A DNA stretch of 64,000 bases from Chiloscyllium plagiosum (lineage: Eukaryota): the NCBI RefSeq assembly GCF_004010195.1, contig NC_057728.1, positions 41,644,844-41,708,843 on the forward strand. Direction: 5' to 3'. Below are positions 25,900 to 38,029 of this stretch, one piece after another. Numbering within the stretch: position 1 is the stretch's first letter; every line of letters starts with the position of its first letter. The notes under the pieces are model-generated. The model made no database searches. It was not told the origin of the DNA and saw nothing but the letters and a program-made list of their open reading frames with translations. Position numbers and translations under genes: made by a program.

Positions 25900-26712
25900 A
25901 TATTGGCTTCCTGTGTCCATGGAGGCGTGTTCTTTAGAATTTTTAGGGTTCATATATTGACACTTACCCCATGTCAATTTTAGCCAATAACAAATAATCA
26001 CCAGTTTTCGGAGGACAAATAATATGAATTTTTGCAAACACTTTGGACAGTGTAAGGTATTAATGTTCTCCACAAGATTAACAGCACAAAACATTCATTC
26101 ACCACTTTGTTTACATGGTCAGATTCTAGTTTGTCAATGAGACAATCATTTCATGTATCTGCCTCTAAATACCAGATGAACTTTGGTGTAGAATGAGGGC
26201 ATTCCTTGTGTACCATCTATTGGGGGTCACCGTATGGATCTTCGTAGCTGCATCAGTCTTTGCGTTGTGCACTGCAGCTGACAATGGCTTTTCCTGCCAA
26301 ATGCTTTGAAAACTTGATGGAAAGCTGGTCATTTCCTTGGTGCATGCAGAAGGCAATGCATTCCACATGTATTGCTAGGCTTGTGTTCTCTATGATGGTG
26401 TTAACCATTAAAGTTTTACTTTGGACCTATACCCTTCGACAACCTGCAAGGATCACTTTATACTTATGAAAGTTTTATCCAACTCTGAATTGGTTTTCTG
26501 ATATGGGCAAGGGGATCTTCTAGCTCTTCGCCTATTAATCCTGACACGTCAAGGCCTTTGTTCCCAATTGCTAAGCAAGTCTTAATGGCTTGCTTTTCAA
26601 CAATGGATACACCTGAATGTAAAAACCATAGCTCTAAACATTGTTCAAAAATTTTAAATTCTGTTAGGAGGTCTGCTGTAGTACAGTTGAAACGTGTGAA
26701 TTTTGTGGCCAT
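25900..26712 (-). pseudogene. Gypsy gag and aspartic protease remnant
   Basis: Gag N-terminus ADLLTEFKIFEQCLELWF...EKQAIKTCLAIGNKGL; decayed zinc knuckles TCGMHCLLHAPRK*PAFHQVFKAFGRKSHCQLQC (26269-26373); protease-like LLLAKIDMG (25968-25987, DTG decayed). Confidence 0.75.
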
Positions 26713-27099
26713 GCTGACAACATACCTTTGACCTTTTTTTACTTCCTATCTGCACACACCTCAATTGCTTGCCCTTCTCAACTGACCCTCAATGTGGATT
26801 TGCCTACTTACCAGCAAGCTGGGTTTTCAACACTCTCCAATGCTGTAACAAAGATATTGAGGGTTGTCTCGTGCAATTTAGCACAATTTAAAGAATGTCA
26901 ACCATATGCTTCACCTGTAGGTTAGCTTGTTTGCTGACTGTTCAAGTTCAATTGCATGCTGTTTTCTACTACTGTTCACTATGTCATGGTTAATGACCAT
27001 TGTCTCGAATCGATTCTCATCAGGGACTGGTTTAAGTTGAACTTTCTTTCAGGTACACATACAACAGTCATGACCACAATCTTTTTTTTGTGATGTTAA

Positions 27100-27352
27100 T
27101 TTTAGGGATAAATGGTGACCAGGAATCTTCTCAGTTCTTCTTTAAATTAGTGCCATTGGATGTTTTACAGCCAAAGGTGGCAGACAAGGCTTTGGTTCAG
27201 TAACAGAACTGCAAATGGAACCTCTAGCAGTGCAGCAGTCATCCAAAGCTGAGCTGGAGTGTTAGCTTTGAATTTGCGCTCAAGCATCTCAAGAACATGA
27301 GATGAGAGTGCTAACAACGAAGCAACAGCTGATATGAGGTAAGAGATATTAA
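27100..27352 (-). mobile_element. SacSINE1-like DeuSINE
   Basis: tagtgccattggatgttttaca, cagtgcagcagtc and gagagtgcta...acagctga. Homologous to 55950-56280 (+) and 31940-32070. Confidence 0.6.
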
Positions 27353-27649
27353 AAGAATGGAGGCCAAGGAAGCATAAAGGAAAACACAAAGAATAGATGT
27401 TGAAACAGAAACATTAAGGAAGAAGGTGCATAACTTTATTTGCGTTTGAACGTTTTACCATTGATAACATTTCAGGCCATTGCCACCTTGACATATTTAT
27501 TTCTAAGGTTTACAAATGATGCAATTGGAAAAAAACATTGCACCTAGAGAAAGAGCCATTTTTATAATTTCAACAATTGATCCTACACCAAGAACAAAGT
27601 AGAATTTTATTTTTGGTTATAATGTTCACCATAACGTCAATGTCTCCCA

Positions 27650-28600
27650 CCTTCGGTCGGACAAATCAGGGGAGGATTTATACACTTAATGGTAAGGTCC
27701 TGGGGAGTGCTGCTGAACAGAGAGACCTTGGAGTGCAGGTTCATAGCTCCTTGCAAGTAAACTCACAGGTAAGCAGGGTAGTGAAGGCAGGATTGGTCCA
27801 CTTTAGATTAGATTAGATTACTTACAGTGTGGAAACAGGCCCTTTGGTCCAACAAGTCCACACCGACCCGCCGAAGCGCAACCCACCCATACATTTACCC
27901 CTTCATCTAACACTACGGGTAATTTAGCATGGCCTATTCACCTGACCTGCACATCTTTGGACTGTGGGAGGAAACCAGAGCACCCGGAGGAAACCCACGC
28001 AGACACGGGGAGAATGTGCAAACTCCACAAATCAGCTGCCTGAGGCGGGAATTGAACCCGGGTCTCTGTAAGGCAGCAGTGCTAACCACTGTGCCACCGT
28101 GCCGCTCTTTGTCTTTATTGGACAGTGCATTCAGTACAGGAGTTGGGAGGTCATGTTGCAGTTGTATAGGACATTGGTTAGGCTATGTTTGGAACAGTGT
28201 GGTCAATTCTGGTGTCTCTACTATAGGAAAGATGTTGTTAAACTTGATCAAGTTCAGACAGGATTTACAAGGATGTAGCCAGGGTTGGAGGGTTTGAGCT
28301 ATAGGGAGAATAGGCTGGGGCGATTTTCCCTGGATCATCGGAGGCTGAAGGGCAACCTTAAAGAAGTTTATAAAATCATGAGGGGCATGGATTGAGTGAA
28401 TAGCCATGGTCTTTTTCCAACAGTATGGGTTCCAGAACTACAGGCCATAGGTTTAAGGTGAGAAGAGAAAGATTTAAATAGGACTTAAGGGACAAATTTT
28501 CCACGCAAAGGGTGATGAGAGTATGGAATGAGCTGCTAGAGGAAATGTTGGAGACTGGTATAATTACAACATTTAAAACGCATCTGGATAGGTATATGAA
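27650..28600 (+). mobile_element. HER1/CR1 3' fragment interrupted by an HE1 SINE
   Basis: YTLNGKVLGSAAEQRDLGVQVHSS; the CR1 resumes after 28105. Confidence 0.9.
27803..28105 (-). mobile_element. HE1-type V-SINE
   Basis: (ttaga)n tail, reverse V domain, head gtgctaaccactgtgccaccgtgccgc. Confidence 0.92.
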
Positions 28601-28602
28601 TC

Positions 28603-29168
28603 GAGTCAGAAATGTACAGCACAGAAATAGACCCTTCGGTCCAACTCACTCATGCTGATCAGATATCGTAACCTAATCTAGTCCCATTTGCCAGCACCTG
28701 GCCCATATCCCTCTAAACCCTTCCCATTCATGTACACATCCAGATGCCCTTTAAATGTTGTAATTGTACCAGTCTCCACCAGTTCCTTTGGCAACTCATT
28801 CCATATATGCACCACCCTCTGTGTGAAGAAGTTGCCTCCACGTGATTTTGTAAACTTCTATAAGGTCACCCCTCAGCCTCCAACCCACTAGGGAAAACAG
28901 CCCCAGCCTATTCAGCCTCTTTCTATAGCTCAAATCCTCCAACCCGGGCAACATTCTTGTAAATCTTTTCTGAACCCTCTCAAGTTTCACAATGTCCTTC
29001 CAATAGGAAGGAGACCAGAACTGCGTGTAATATTCCAAAAGTGGTCTAATCAATGTCCTGTACAGCCGCAACACAACCTCCCAACTCCTGTACTCAATGC
29101 TCTGACCAATAAAGCAAAGCTTACCAAATGCCTTCTTCACTATTCTATCTACCTGCGACTCCACTTTT
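28603..29168 (-). mobile_element. HER1/CR1 3' fragment, tail-to-tail with the preceding copy
   Basis: ORF 28796-29164 LYRTLIRPLLEYYTQFWSP...LERVQKRFTRMLPG. Confidence 0.92.
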
Positions 29169-29564
29169 GGCTAAAGCACCTCTTTTTGGCTGACTGCAGA
29201 TGTCCCTCAGGGAAGGGGACTCTTCATAAAATTCTCTTCACAGAGCAATCAAACATACTGGATGGCTCTGCAAAAGAACACTGTCTCAGGTATACAATGT
29301 CAGGACTTTCTGTAACAGTGTGCAGGAACACATCAACAGATTTGCCCATTGAAAGTGACATACAGTTTCTTCAAACTGAATTAGCTACAACTGCACACTA
29401 GAAAAAATTACATTTATATAGGGCATTTAATGTTCTCTGGATGCTCTGAAGTGCTGCTCCTCCAATGAAGCAATTCTGAAGTATAGACAAATATGGAAAG
29501 CAATTTAGGAAAAATAATGAGTAAGGTGAAAAGCAGACTTTAGTTGAAGGATTGCTCTTATTCG

Positions 29565-29700
29565 ACACAGAGAGAGAGAGACACAGACAGACAGACAGAC
29601 AGACAGAGACAAAGAGTGAGAGAGAGAGACAGAGACAGACAGCCAGACACACAGAGAGATACAGACAGAGACAGAAAGAAAGAAGCAGAAGAGAGAGGGG
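29565..29700. repeat. (AG)/(AGAC) compound microsatellite
   Basis: Seen directly. Confidence 0.9.
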
Positions 29701-30329
29701 ACACTGGTGGTGGTTTAGCTTAAGGGTCACCATACTATAGGTGAGGCTCAGAAGGAGAGACCTCCTCAGTAATCTCAACCAGGAATTGAACCCATTCTCT
29801 TGGGATCAATATACATTGCAATTCATCTCCACACCCAAATGAACAAATGAACCCTTGAATAAAAGTAAACAAACAAAAAGGAGTGAGTCAAGATTTCCAG
29901 ATGATCTCAAATACGAAAATAACACACTATTTTGATCACCCCTGACTATATTGAATGGTGGAGTTGTTTGAAAGGCCAAATGGTATACTCCAATTTTCTA
30001 CGTTTCTATATACTGGAAACCTGAAAGCAAACAGAAACTGCTAGAAACACTGAGCAAGGCAGATGGCATTTCTGCAGGGGAACAGAACTAACAAGCAGAA
30101 ACTTTTTTTGAGAAGTCTGGAAGCATGGGTAGGGAGGTAGGAACTTCTGCCTTTGTGCAGGGCATGTTTTCCCCATACGATTACATTTTTGACTTGTGTG
30201 CAAGTAAAACACCAAATTATACAGAGGTCCACTGGGGTCTTGCGGATACTCACATCCAGAACTCTTCAATTTCTATGATCCTGGACCATCCATCTCTACT
30301 CATTACCCCTGAACACTCAGAGCTCCATC

Positions 30330-31045
30330 AACCAGGAGTGTCATTGTTGAGGGTTGCCTCACTACACGTTTTCCTGAAGGTTGTCCAGGAGAGAAGGGAA
30401 GTTCTTTTCCCTAACGTATGAGGCAGTCAGGACAAAGGTACCTGTAAAGGGCAGCACCCATGGGTGGCTCAAGAGAAACTGGCTCCAAAGCTGCTGGAAG
30501 ATAAACGACCTGCTGTACGCCTCCAGGGTGTGTAATACCGCCTACTCAATGCTGCCCATCCCGAGGAGTCAGAGTTAGGTTGACACTGTTAGAGGAAAGT
30601 CACACAGGAGGTTAGATGTCAGGCATCCCCATCAGATTCCTCATGTGCAATCAATGTCTGATACTTCATCACAGCTACCAATGTAGCTCTGTTGTCAGCC
30701 AGGTAGTATTACCTCTCACTTGTTACACAAAAGGAGCTACATCACTCAGCAGCTCACCCACCATCAGGTCGCTGACTTTTTCACAACTGAGAATATTCAC
30801 ATCAGATTGCTTCTCACCAAAAGCTTCCACAGGACAAGGACACAACTACAAAGGTGGCCATTTGAGGTGCACCCCCTTTTGAATTCCACTGGACTCGCCC
30901 ACTCCAGTTAAGTTTGCTAGTGTTCCCTTGCTTCGGAAGGTTTGGTGGCCCCGTCAGGCTTCAATGCAACAGTGTACGCATTGAAGAATAACAAGCTAGA
31001 CTGCACAATCTCAGGACTTTCACAAGACTGAGACGCCTTATAAGC
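30330..31045. mobile_element. PIF/Harbinger relic: Myb/SANT-like ORF (+) and convergent HARBI1-like transposase (-)
   Basis: Plus strand ASLHVFLKVVQERREVLFP ... CWKINDL (30350-30512). Minus strand ATT GAT TGC ACA (IDCT, 30644-30655) and RRLSL...LCSL / AYTVALK near 30960-31040. Confidence 0.6.
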
Positions 31046-31134
31046 TGATCAACATGGAGGGGCTGCACCTCTTATACTAAGTGATTGCGCAAAGAAATAC
31101 CTTGGTTTTGAAGGGACCAAATTATTGAAGAACT

Positions 31135-31433
31135 TTAGAATCATCTAGTGTAGAAACAGACCTGTTGGACAAGTCCACACCGAATCTCCGAAGTCTCTTC
31201 ACCCAAACTCATTACTCTATATTTATCTAACCCCTACACATCCCTAAACACTATGGGCAATTTAACATGACCAACTTACCTAACCTGCACATCTTTGGAT
31301 TATGGGAGGAAACCGGAGCAAACTCACGCAGACACGGGGAGAATGTGAAAACTCCGCACAGTCACCAGAGGTTAGAATCGAACCCAGGTCCCTGCCGCTG
31401 TGAGGCAGTAGTGCTAACCACTGAGCCACTGTC
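31135..31433 (-). mobile_element. HE1-type V-SINE
   Basis: Reverse V domain gcagacacggggagaatgtgaaaactcc; head gtgctaaccactgagccac. Confidence 0.9.
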
Positions 31434-32299
31434 CCGTCTAGTTTGTACTCACCAGAACTTGAATGAAAAAGCCCACCAGGCCAGTTAAATGCCTCAATAT
31501 ACATACATAGATACACACACATATTGTTACTTTCGTAAACATACTTATTTGCCATTTTTGGCTCACAAGATTGTGCCTGTGAACACAATCCCACAGGCTG
31601 GAGGGTTAATCAGTATTCATTGCATGCTAATGAATGCAGAGTAGGTTCCTGACTCTGACTTTCAGGAAACAAGTCGGTTCTGAAATGTCCTGAGAATGTA
31701 AAAGCAAAACCTTAACCTTCCAATGAGAAAACTGAGTTTTTTGTCTCCTGCCCTTCCAAAAAGCTCTAGGCGGGCAAAAAATGATTCCGGTTGATGACCT
31801 TTCATTCATTCTGAAAAAGGGCCGATTAATCGAAAACGGTGACTTTGTTTCAGTCACCACGGATGCTGCCTGACCTGCTAAGTATTTCCAGTAATTTTAT
31901 TTTATAAGCACATAATCGGTTTTAGTGAAGTTAGTCGAATCACGCTCTTTGAATAGTGCCATGGGATGTCTAACTCCACCAGATAAGACAGTTAATGTTT
32001 CAGTTTATTGCTCCATCAGCAAAGCAGCACCTACGACATTATGCCCTTCATTTAAGCATCCTTGTCGTCTTACCATGCTATAAATTTGACTGCCAATTTT
32101 AAGTCACCAAATTAGTGGTGACATTGGATAAAGCATGTATAGAATTTTTTCACCTGTTCCCAACTGTCGAGTTCTGTTGACTGCTTGTCTGATTGGTAGT
32201 TTTCACTCTCACTGTTTAGACTTTCAATGGCATATTAATTAAGTTTCTTTGCAGCCAATCAAGTGAAAGGCTGATGCTGAAGGGCTATGAATTGGACAA

Positions 32300-32640
32300 T
32301 GTGATGCTGAAGTCAAAAAACACAGGTTAGGCAGCATCCACAGTGCAGGAGAATCAACACTTCGAGCATAAATCAGCCATCCGGAATGGGGGAGCAGGGG
32401 GCAGAGGATAAATAGGAGTGAGAGGCTGGGCTTGGGGGGGGAAGCTGGGAACACAGTAGGGCGTGCAGGTGGGGAGGTGATGGTGATAGGTCGGAGTGGA
32501 CTTGAGCACATAAGTGGGAAGGAAGATGGACAGGTACGACAGTTCAAGAGGGTGGTGCCAAGTTGGAGGGTTGAATCTGGGATGAGGTGGGGGAAAGGGG
32601 AGATGAGGAAACTGATGAAAGCGACATTGATGCCGTGTGA
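32300..32640 (-). mobile_element. Penelope-like 3' fragment
   Basis: Reverse complement of 1740-2080-type sequence (HGINVAFISF). Confidence 0.8.
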
Positions 32641-33849
32641 TGCTGAATTCTGGTACAGGATGATTAGTGGACAGCACATGTTAAAAATCTGATGTCAAAT
32701 TCATGACTAGTGGGTATCTCACAAAGGGACTCAAGGTTCGGTTATAGGATGCAATGTTTTAAAAGGACAGGAATAACATACCCTGCAAAACTATTATTTT
32801 GTTGCTTGTTTCGTAGTGACTCCTTTTGAGGCTACAAAGTCTAATTGCTATTAAGTAAACGTTGTACAAGTTCATCAATCTGTTAAGAGACACAGACTGC
32901 AATATTGGGTCTTTCTGCATAGTTCTTCAGTATATTTCAACTGACATCACCTTTGTTTCTTTATACTCCCTGTGCTTCCACCAAAATTAACAGACATTTT
33001 CATTCGTTATGCAACTTTGACAAAGAAACAAAACATGCATATACTTGCATTTTATGATACAGATATTTTATTCCAGTCAGCCTACATCCCTACTACTTGC
33101 ATTTGTTTCAATATGAATAAAGAAACTTAAGTAGCTATATCTCCATTTTAATTTCCTCATCAATTCTTCTTAGTCACACTAGGGTCAGTCAGATAATGTG
33201 GTCTCTTATATATAGACATGGACCCTCAATGATATAGCAGTTCTGTACTACCAAGTAAACTGCATGAATTAAGACATTTTAGTTATTTACATCAAGTTTA
33301 AAATGAAATACATTTAAAGTTTCAAATCTCCATTTGCGCATATTGTTTTAGGTGTATAACATTAAGGATCCTTTTTGATTAAAGCTCATCATTCTGTGAA
33401 AGGCATTACACCATCACCACTTAAAGTAGATCAATTTAGCCATTCAAATATTTGAACATACCTTGTAAATGTTATTTTCTGAACAGGTCTTCTAAAAATC
33501 TAATTGTTCAACACCAGCATACATCATCTGATGATTACTGATGAGTTCATTACATTGATGGTTCAGTTGGTAAAGTTGCAGATGCAAGAAGTAGAGGTAG
33601 AAAGGAATCAATGATAGAATCGACAAGTGGTGTCAAAAAAAGGATAACTTTGGCTGGTGGACAATAATGGTTGCCTGGAGGAGAAGGTGAGTAAAGATAT
33701 AAGGCAGACAAGGAAAATCATAAGGGCTAGTTTGGGCAGATGAAAAAAAAGGAAAAATCAGCAACTACTATTTGTCCATACAGGGAACATGGTTTAATCA
33801 AAGAGGAAGTTATTGACTGGGACAAGGAAAGCAAGTGGTGTGTGAGGTT

Positions 33850-34440
33850 TTATTAATATAAGACCAAAAAAGCAAGTCTCATTGCAATTATATAGAGCCT
33901 TGGTGAAACCACACCTGGTGGTCTGTGTACAGACATGGTTTCCCTCCAAAGTAAGGATGTGCTTTGATATTCACCAGACCAATTCCTGGAGCGGGCGTGG
34001 GGGCAGGAATTAGACTATCCACTGAGGAAAGTATGACAGCAGAAGATTGAGTAGATTAGGTTTATATTCCCTAAAGTTTAGAAGAATGAGACATGATCTC
34101 ATTTGAAACATAAAATTCTTTAAGGCTTGACAGGGTAAATGCTGAGAGGATGCTTCCTCTGACTGGGGAATCTAGAATGTGGATTAGAATCTCAAAGTTA
34201 GGGTCAGTGATGTATGACCCAGTTGAGAAGAAAATCCCTCACTCAAAAGTTGTTAACCTCTGGATTTTCCTGGACCAGAGACCACGGATGTTCAGTCATT
34301 CAAGGCAGAGACCAATACATTGAGAATCAAGTAATACAGGAATGATACACCAAAGTACACTTGAGGTAGAAGATCAGCCATTAGCTGGTACAACCAACCT
34401 GAGGACCAAATGGCATTTTCTTGTACCTATTCCTTATCAT
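33850..34440 (+). mobile_element. Old CR1 3' fragment
   Basis: ccttggtgaaaccacacctgg, tttagaagaatgagacatgatctc, agatcagcca. Confidence 0.65.
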
Positions 34441-34714
34441 TAAGTATGAAGTACACTCAATATATTTAAATGCAGAATGAGAGCTAATTGATATATTTTT
34501 AGTTTAACTCCAAGGGCATTACATTCAATTTCAGGAAAAATACAATAAAATTATAATTAGTGTCAAATCTTGTCCTCCATTTGCAAAACAACAGCAGTCT
34601 AATGGATATTGATAAAAAGTGAGCGAGAACTTATAGCAATCAATGAAGGGCTGTCTAACTTTAAGTGGTCATATTGTAACAATGTGCACTTTGGATCCAA
34701 GTACTTGGATTGGA

Positions 34715-35082
34715 AATGGCGTAGGGAACATCTCCGGGACACCCGCACCCATCAACCACACCGCCCCGTTGCCCAACATTTCAACTCCCCCTCCCACTCT
34801 GCCGAGGACATGGAGATCCTGGGCCTCCTTACCGCCGCTTCCCTCACCACCAGACGCCTGGAGGAAGAACGCCTCATCTTCCGCCTCGGAACACTTCAAC
34901 CCCAGGGCATCAATGTGGACTTCAACAGTTTCCTCATTNNNNNNNNNNNNNNNNNNNNNNNNNNNNNNNNNNNNNNNNNNNNNNNNNNNNNNNNNTGGAT
35001 GCTGCCTGAACTGCTGTGCTCTTCCAGCACCACTAATCCAGAACATCTGGTTTCCAGCATCTGCAGTCATTGTTTTTACCTT
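34715..35082 (+). mobile_element. Penelope-like GIY-YIG C-terminus and terminal repeat (spans an N gap)
   Basis: REHLRDTRTHQPHRPVAQHFNSPSHS...RRLEEERLIFRLGTLQPQGINVDF. Confidence 0.92.
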
Positions 35083-35628
35083 TTTAACTCCACAGTGAGG
35101 CAACTGGGTGATTATGAGTGGACTAGGGTAGAGAAAAGGAAATAGAGAATTCTAATGTAACTGCTTTCTCTGCAGATGTCGGCAGACCTAAACATTATTA
35201 GCATTTTCCTGTTTTTATTTTAGAATTCTATCACCTCAGTATTTTGGGTTTGTGTTCTGGAAAGGAACTGTCCTTGATCTCCTATGTGAAACAAAGGCTA
35301 GTAATAGCAATGAGGCAAAAATGCGTCTCAGAAAAGAAGTATTTTTGTCTGTTGTGCACAATGCTATGGATTCCTTCCCCTGTCACTGTAAACATGAAAA
35401 CAGTATCAAGGATTATCTATTCAATCCTTTATGCAAATTATTTGAGCATTGAGCAGTATCAGCACACTTTGGATTATTGCAAGTGAAATTTTGCCAACAG
35501 GAGGACACTGTAATACTGAATTGAAGATTATTTAATGTTGAAAAACATTTGAGTTAAATTTCTGCATTGTTTGAATTTCAGGTTCTAATTCTGAAAGACC
35601 TAACTATGAAATCACAATGCTTACTCAC

Positions 35629-35755
35629 TGGATGGAATACCTATTGAATCCTCAAGGCAAAATTGCACACAAACCAAACTCTTCCCCGGATGCCTGCGAG
35701 CTTTTTCTCATTCAAAGTATTATTTTAAAGCAGTCTCTATGCATACTAATATCTA
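35629..35755 (-). other. Candidate non-coding or UTR exon (127 nt)
   Basis: Minus-strand acceptor tgacatccttacctttctccAG and donor GTgagtaag. Stops in all three frames. Confidence 0.3.
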
Positions 35756-36829
35756 CTGGAGAAAGGTAAGGATGTCAAAATTTTCCACTGTCAAGATAAT
35801 TAAATCATCAAGTAACCAGAACACAAAACGTTTTTTCAAAAAATCATAACTATTTGTATGAAACATCAATTCAACAGATTGAAATACACAAAACATTTTG
35901 GGGCTTCCACTGCATTGCAGGAATCCCACTGCACTCAAAATTTAAATGCTGAATTTTTACAGTATCTCAACAGGACACAGGATATAATTTGTTAGTTAAT
36001 ACAGAAATATTAATGTTATTAACAGATTAAAGCAGAATAGTTTGCACTGTTGTGCTGCAAGGTGCAGAAATGCTTTTAATGTTTGGTTTAAATATATCAA
36101 TCTTTGAGGATTTTAAAGGCAATACATATACATAAAATTCTCTTTCAGCTGGGAGCCAAAAAACTTTTAAAATTCTTGGATTTAATTTCCTTCCTATATG
36201 TTTAGTGCACACTTAACATGTTTTCCAAATTTCCGCTGTAGTATTTTTAAAAAATATAATTGTTAACTCATTTATAGTGAACAAGTTAACTAAAAAAATT
36301 AATAAGGGTTAACAACAGCATCAAAACAGCAGAGACAGGAAATTAAACCATTTTTGAGTCTGAATCATTTCAACTTCAAAATGCATTTCTTAATGGATGA
36401 AAGCTTGCAATAATTAGAGTAATGTGAAAAGGCTGTTGCTCTTCCTAAATAAGCTAAAAATCCTGTAGTATTTTGCATTTTGTGCTTATTTGTTTTCCAT
36501 TTTGTTACAAACTCGTCATTTTCCCATTAGTGAGATTTTGATCACAAAGTTCTATCATGCCATTAATCCATAAAATTTTGATTTAAAATGATATATAAAA
36601 AATATTAAAAACTTTCATCCTGCACACTAGAAGAGATTAAAGATTTGCTTTAAAATTATTTACATTTCTTCATTGCTTGCCCCTAAAAGCTAAAAGCACA
36701 TTTTTCCCTATTTAAAACAAAGAAAATCTAATGAGCAAAACAATTAACTGCAAATTCTAATGCTTATAAATCTAAGAAATCTACCTGATTGTCATTCATG
36801 CTCTCCAAATTACTCTTTACACCTTAAAG

Positions 36830-37260
36830 AAAAGTCCAATCAAGAAGCCGCCTTTATCTTCTGCCCTGGGCTAGGTTTACCGCATTGTTCGCAACCTTGA
36901 GGTTTTTTTTGCAACTTGCAATCTGTAGCAAAAATCAGCCTGCATTCCTCTCCATTTCCTTTCTGTATTGTTGACAAATTTTACTGCCCATCAACCTCTC
37001 TCAATTACCAGTCAAAGACAGCACGTTCTTTACAATCCGATGCGCGAGAGATTGACGGGATTGGGGTGGGTGAAGAGATTGGTGAATTTTTGGCCTGCAG
37101 TGCTATATTTACATTAGAAAGAAATGAATTTGCATTTTAATACAATTACAGATGCATTTCAATTTGTGTGCCTCAAAACAATTCAAGGCTAACAGTGGTG
37201 CGCTGGTTCAAGACGCATGTTCAATCTGATTCGTTTTCACATGCTTGGGTTTACCTAAGT
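36830..37260. promoter_or_regulatory. CpG-retaining unique patch with CCAAT boxes (candidate promoter or enhancer)
   Basis: Clustered CpGs (tccgatgcgcgagagattgacggg) in a CpG-depleted background; CCAAT/ATTGG near 36836, 37060 and 37078. Confidence 0.3.
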
Positions 37261-38029
37261 AAAAATAAGGTGTGTACGTTTAACAAAGTCTCATTGGTTT
37301 TGCTATTTTTGCCATTAATCTCACTTCTAACATCTGGCCAATTTTGAGAACTCTGAACTCAGCTTGTCAGTTAACTGAAATGGTAGTATTACCAGTCCAT
37401 GAACCAATTACTATATACGATCTCTTGTGCCTCAGCGGTAGTTTCCGACACCAGGGGCTAGGAGGTCTAGTTTCAAATCCCACCTGTCCTGGAGGAGAGT
37501 CATAGCATGTACAAGCCAGTTTTAAATTTGTTTTTACACCAACACAAGCAAATACCCACCACCCATTTTAGATTTTGGAAGTTACATGAGTAACTGTTTA
37601 CAAACAGCCTCCAACTGGCATCATCATTGATCGCCATTATAATTCAGTGGCTTTTGGCAGCACCCGGTTCATACTATTTAGCAGTTTTTATAGTTTAATT
37701 TTAAGCTCCCACTTTAGAAAGTTTCATGGCTTCCTTTCTATTAGAACTGAATGGAAATGGATGATGCTGTCCCATGAACAGGGTTTTTGCTTTTGAAGAA
37801 TTAGTGGGGAAAAAATCTCTCAGGCAACATAAACCAACCATTTACTTCCCAGAATGCTATGGTTAATTTACAAACTAAGGGAAAACTCAGTTATACAGAG
37901 AGAATCAGAATATACATGGTGAGATTGACAGTGGCGAGTTTGTAACAGAATGAATTTTTGGTAATACAAATGTAAATGCATCTTCCTGTATAAATAACCA
38001 ACAATGCACTAAGATGATAGAAGAGCAAG

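Larger units (their letters stand above)
23458..27080 (-). mobile_element. Decayed Gypsy-type LTR retroelement: gag, protease and an extra coiled-coil ORF, with no recognisable RT or integrase
   Basis: Diverged LTR ends at 23458 (tgtcatcaggttaataacaatgg...ctcgtcaggga) and 26982 (tgtcatggttaatgaccattg...ctcatcaggga). PBS-like tagtgaacagtag at 26969-26981 (minus). Gag and protease motifs inside. Confidence 0.65.

Noticed and set aside
29186..29401. 71-aa ORF in apparently unique sequence
   Set aside because: No ATG start, no recognisable motif and no supporting splice pattern.
29398..29778. Hydrophobic LCLSLS and charged ERQRQT ORFs
   Set aside because: Translations of the AG/AGAC microsatellite.
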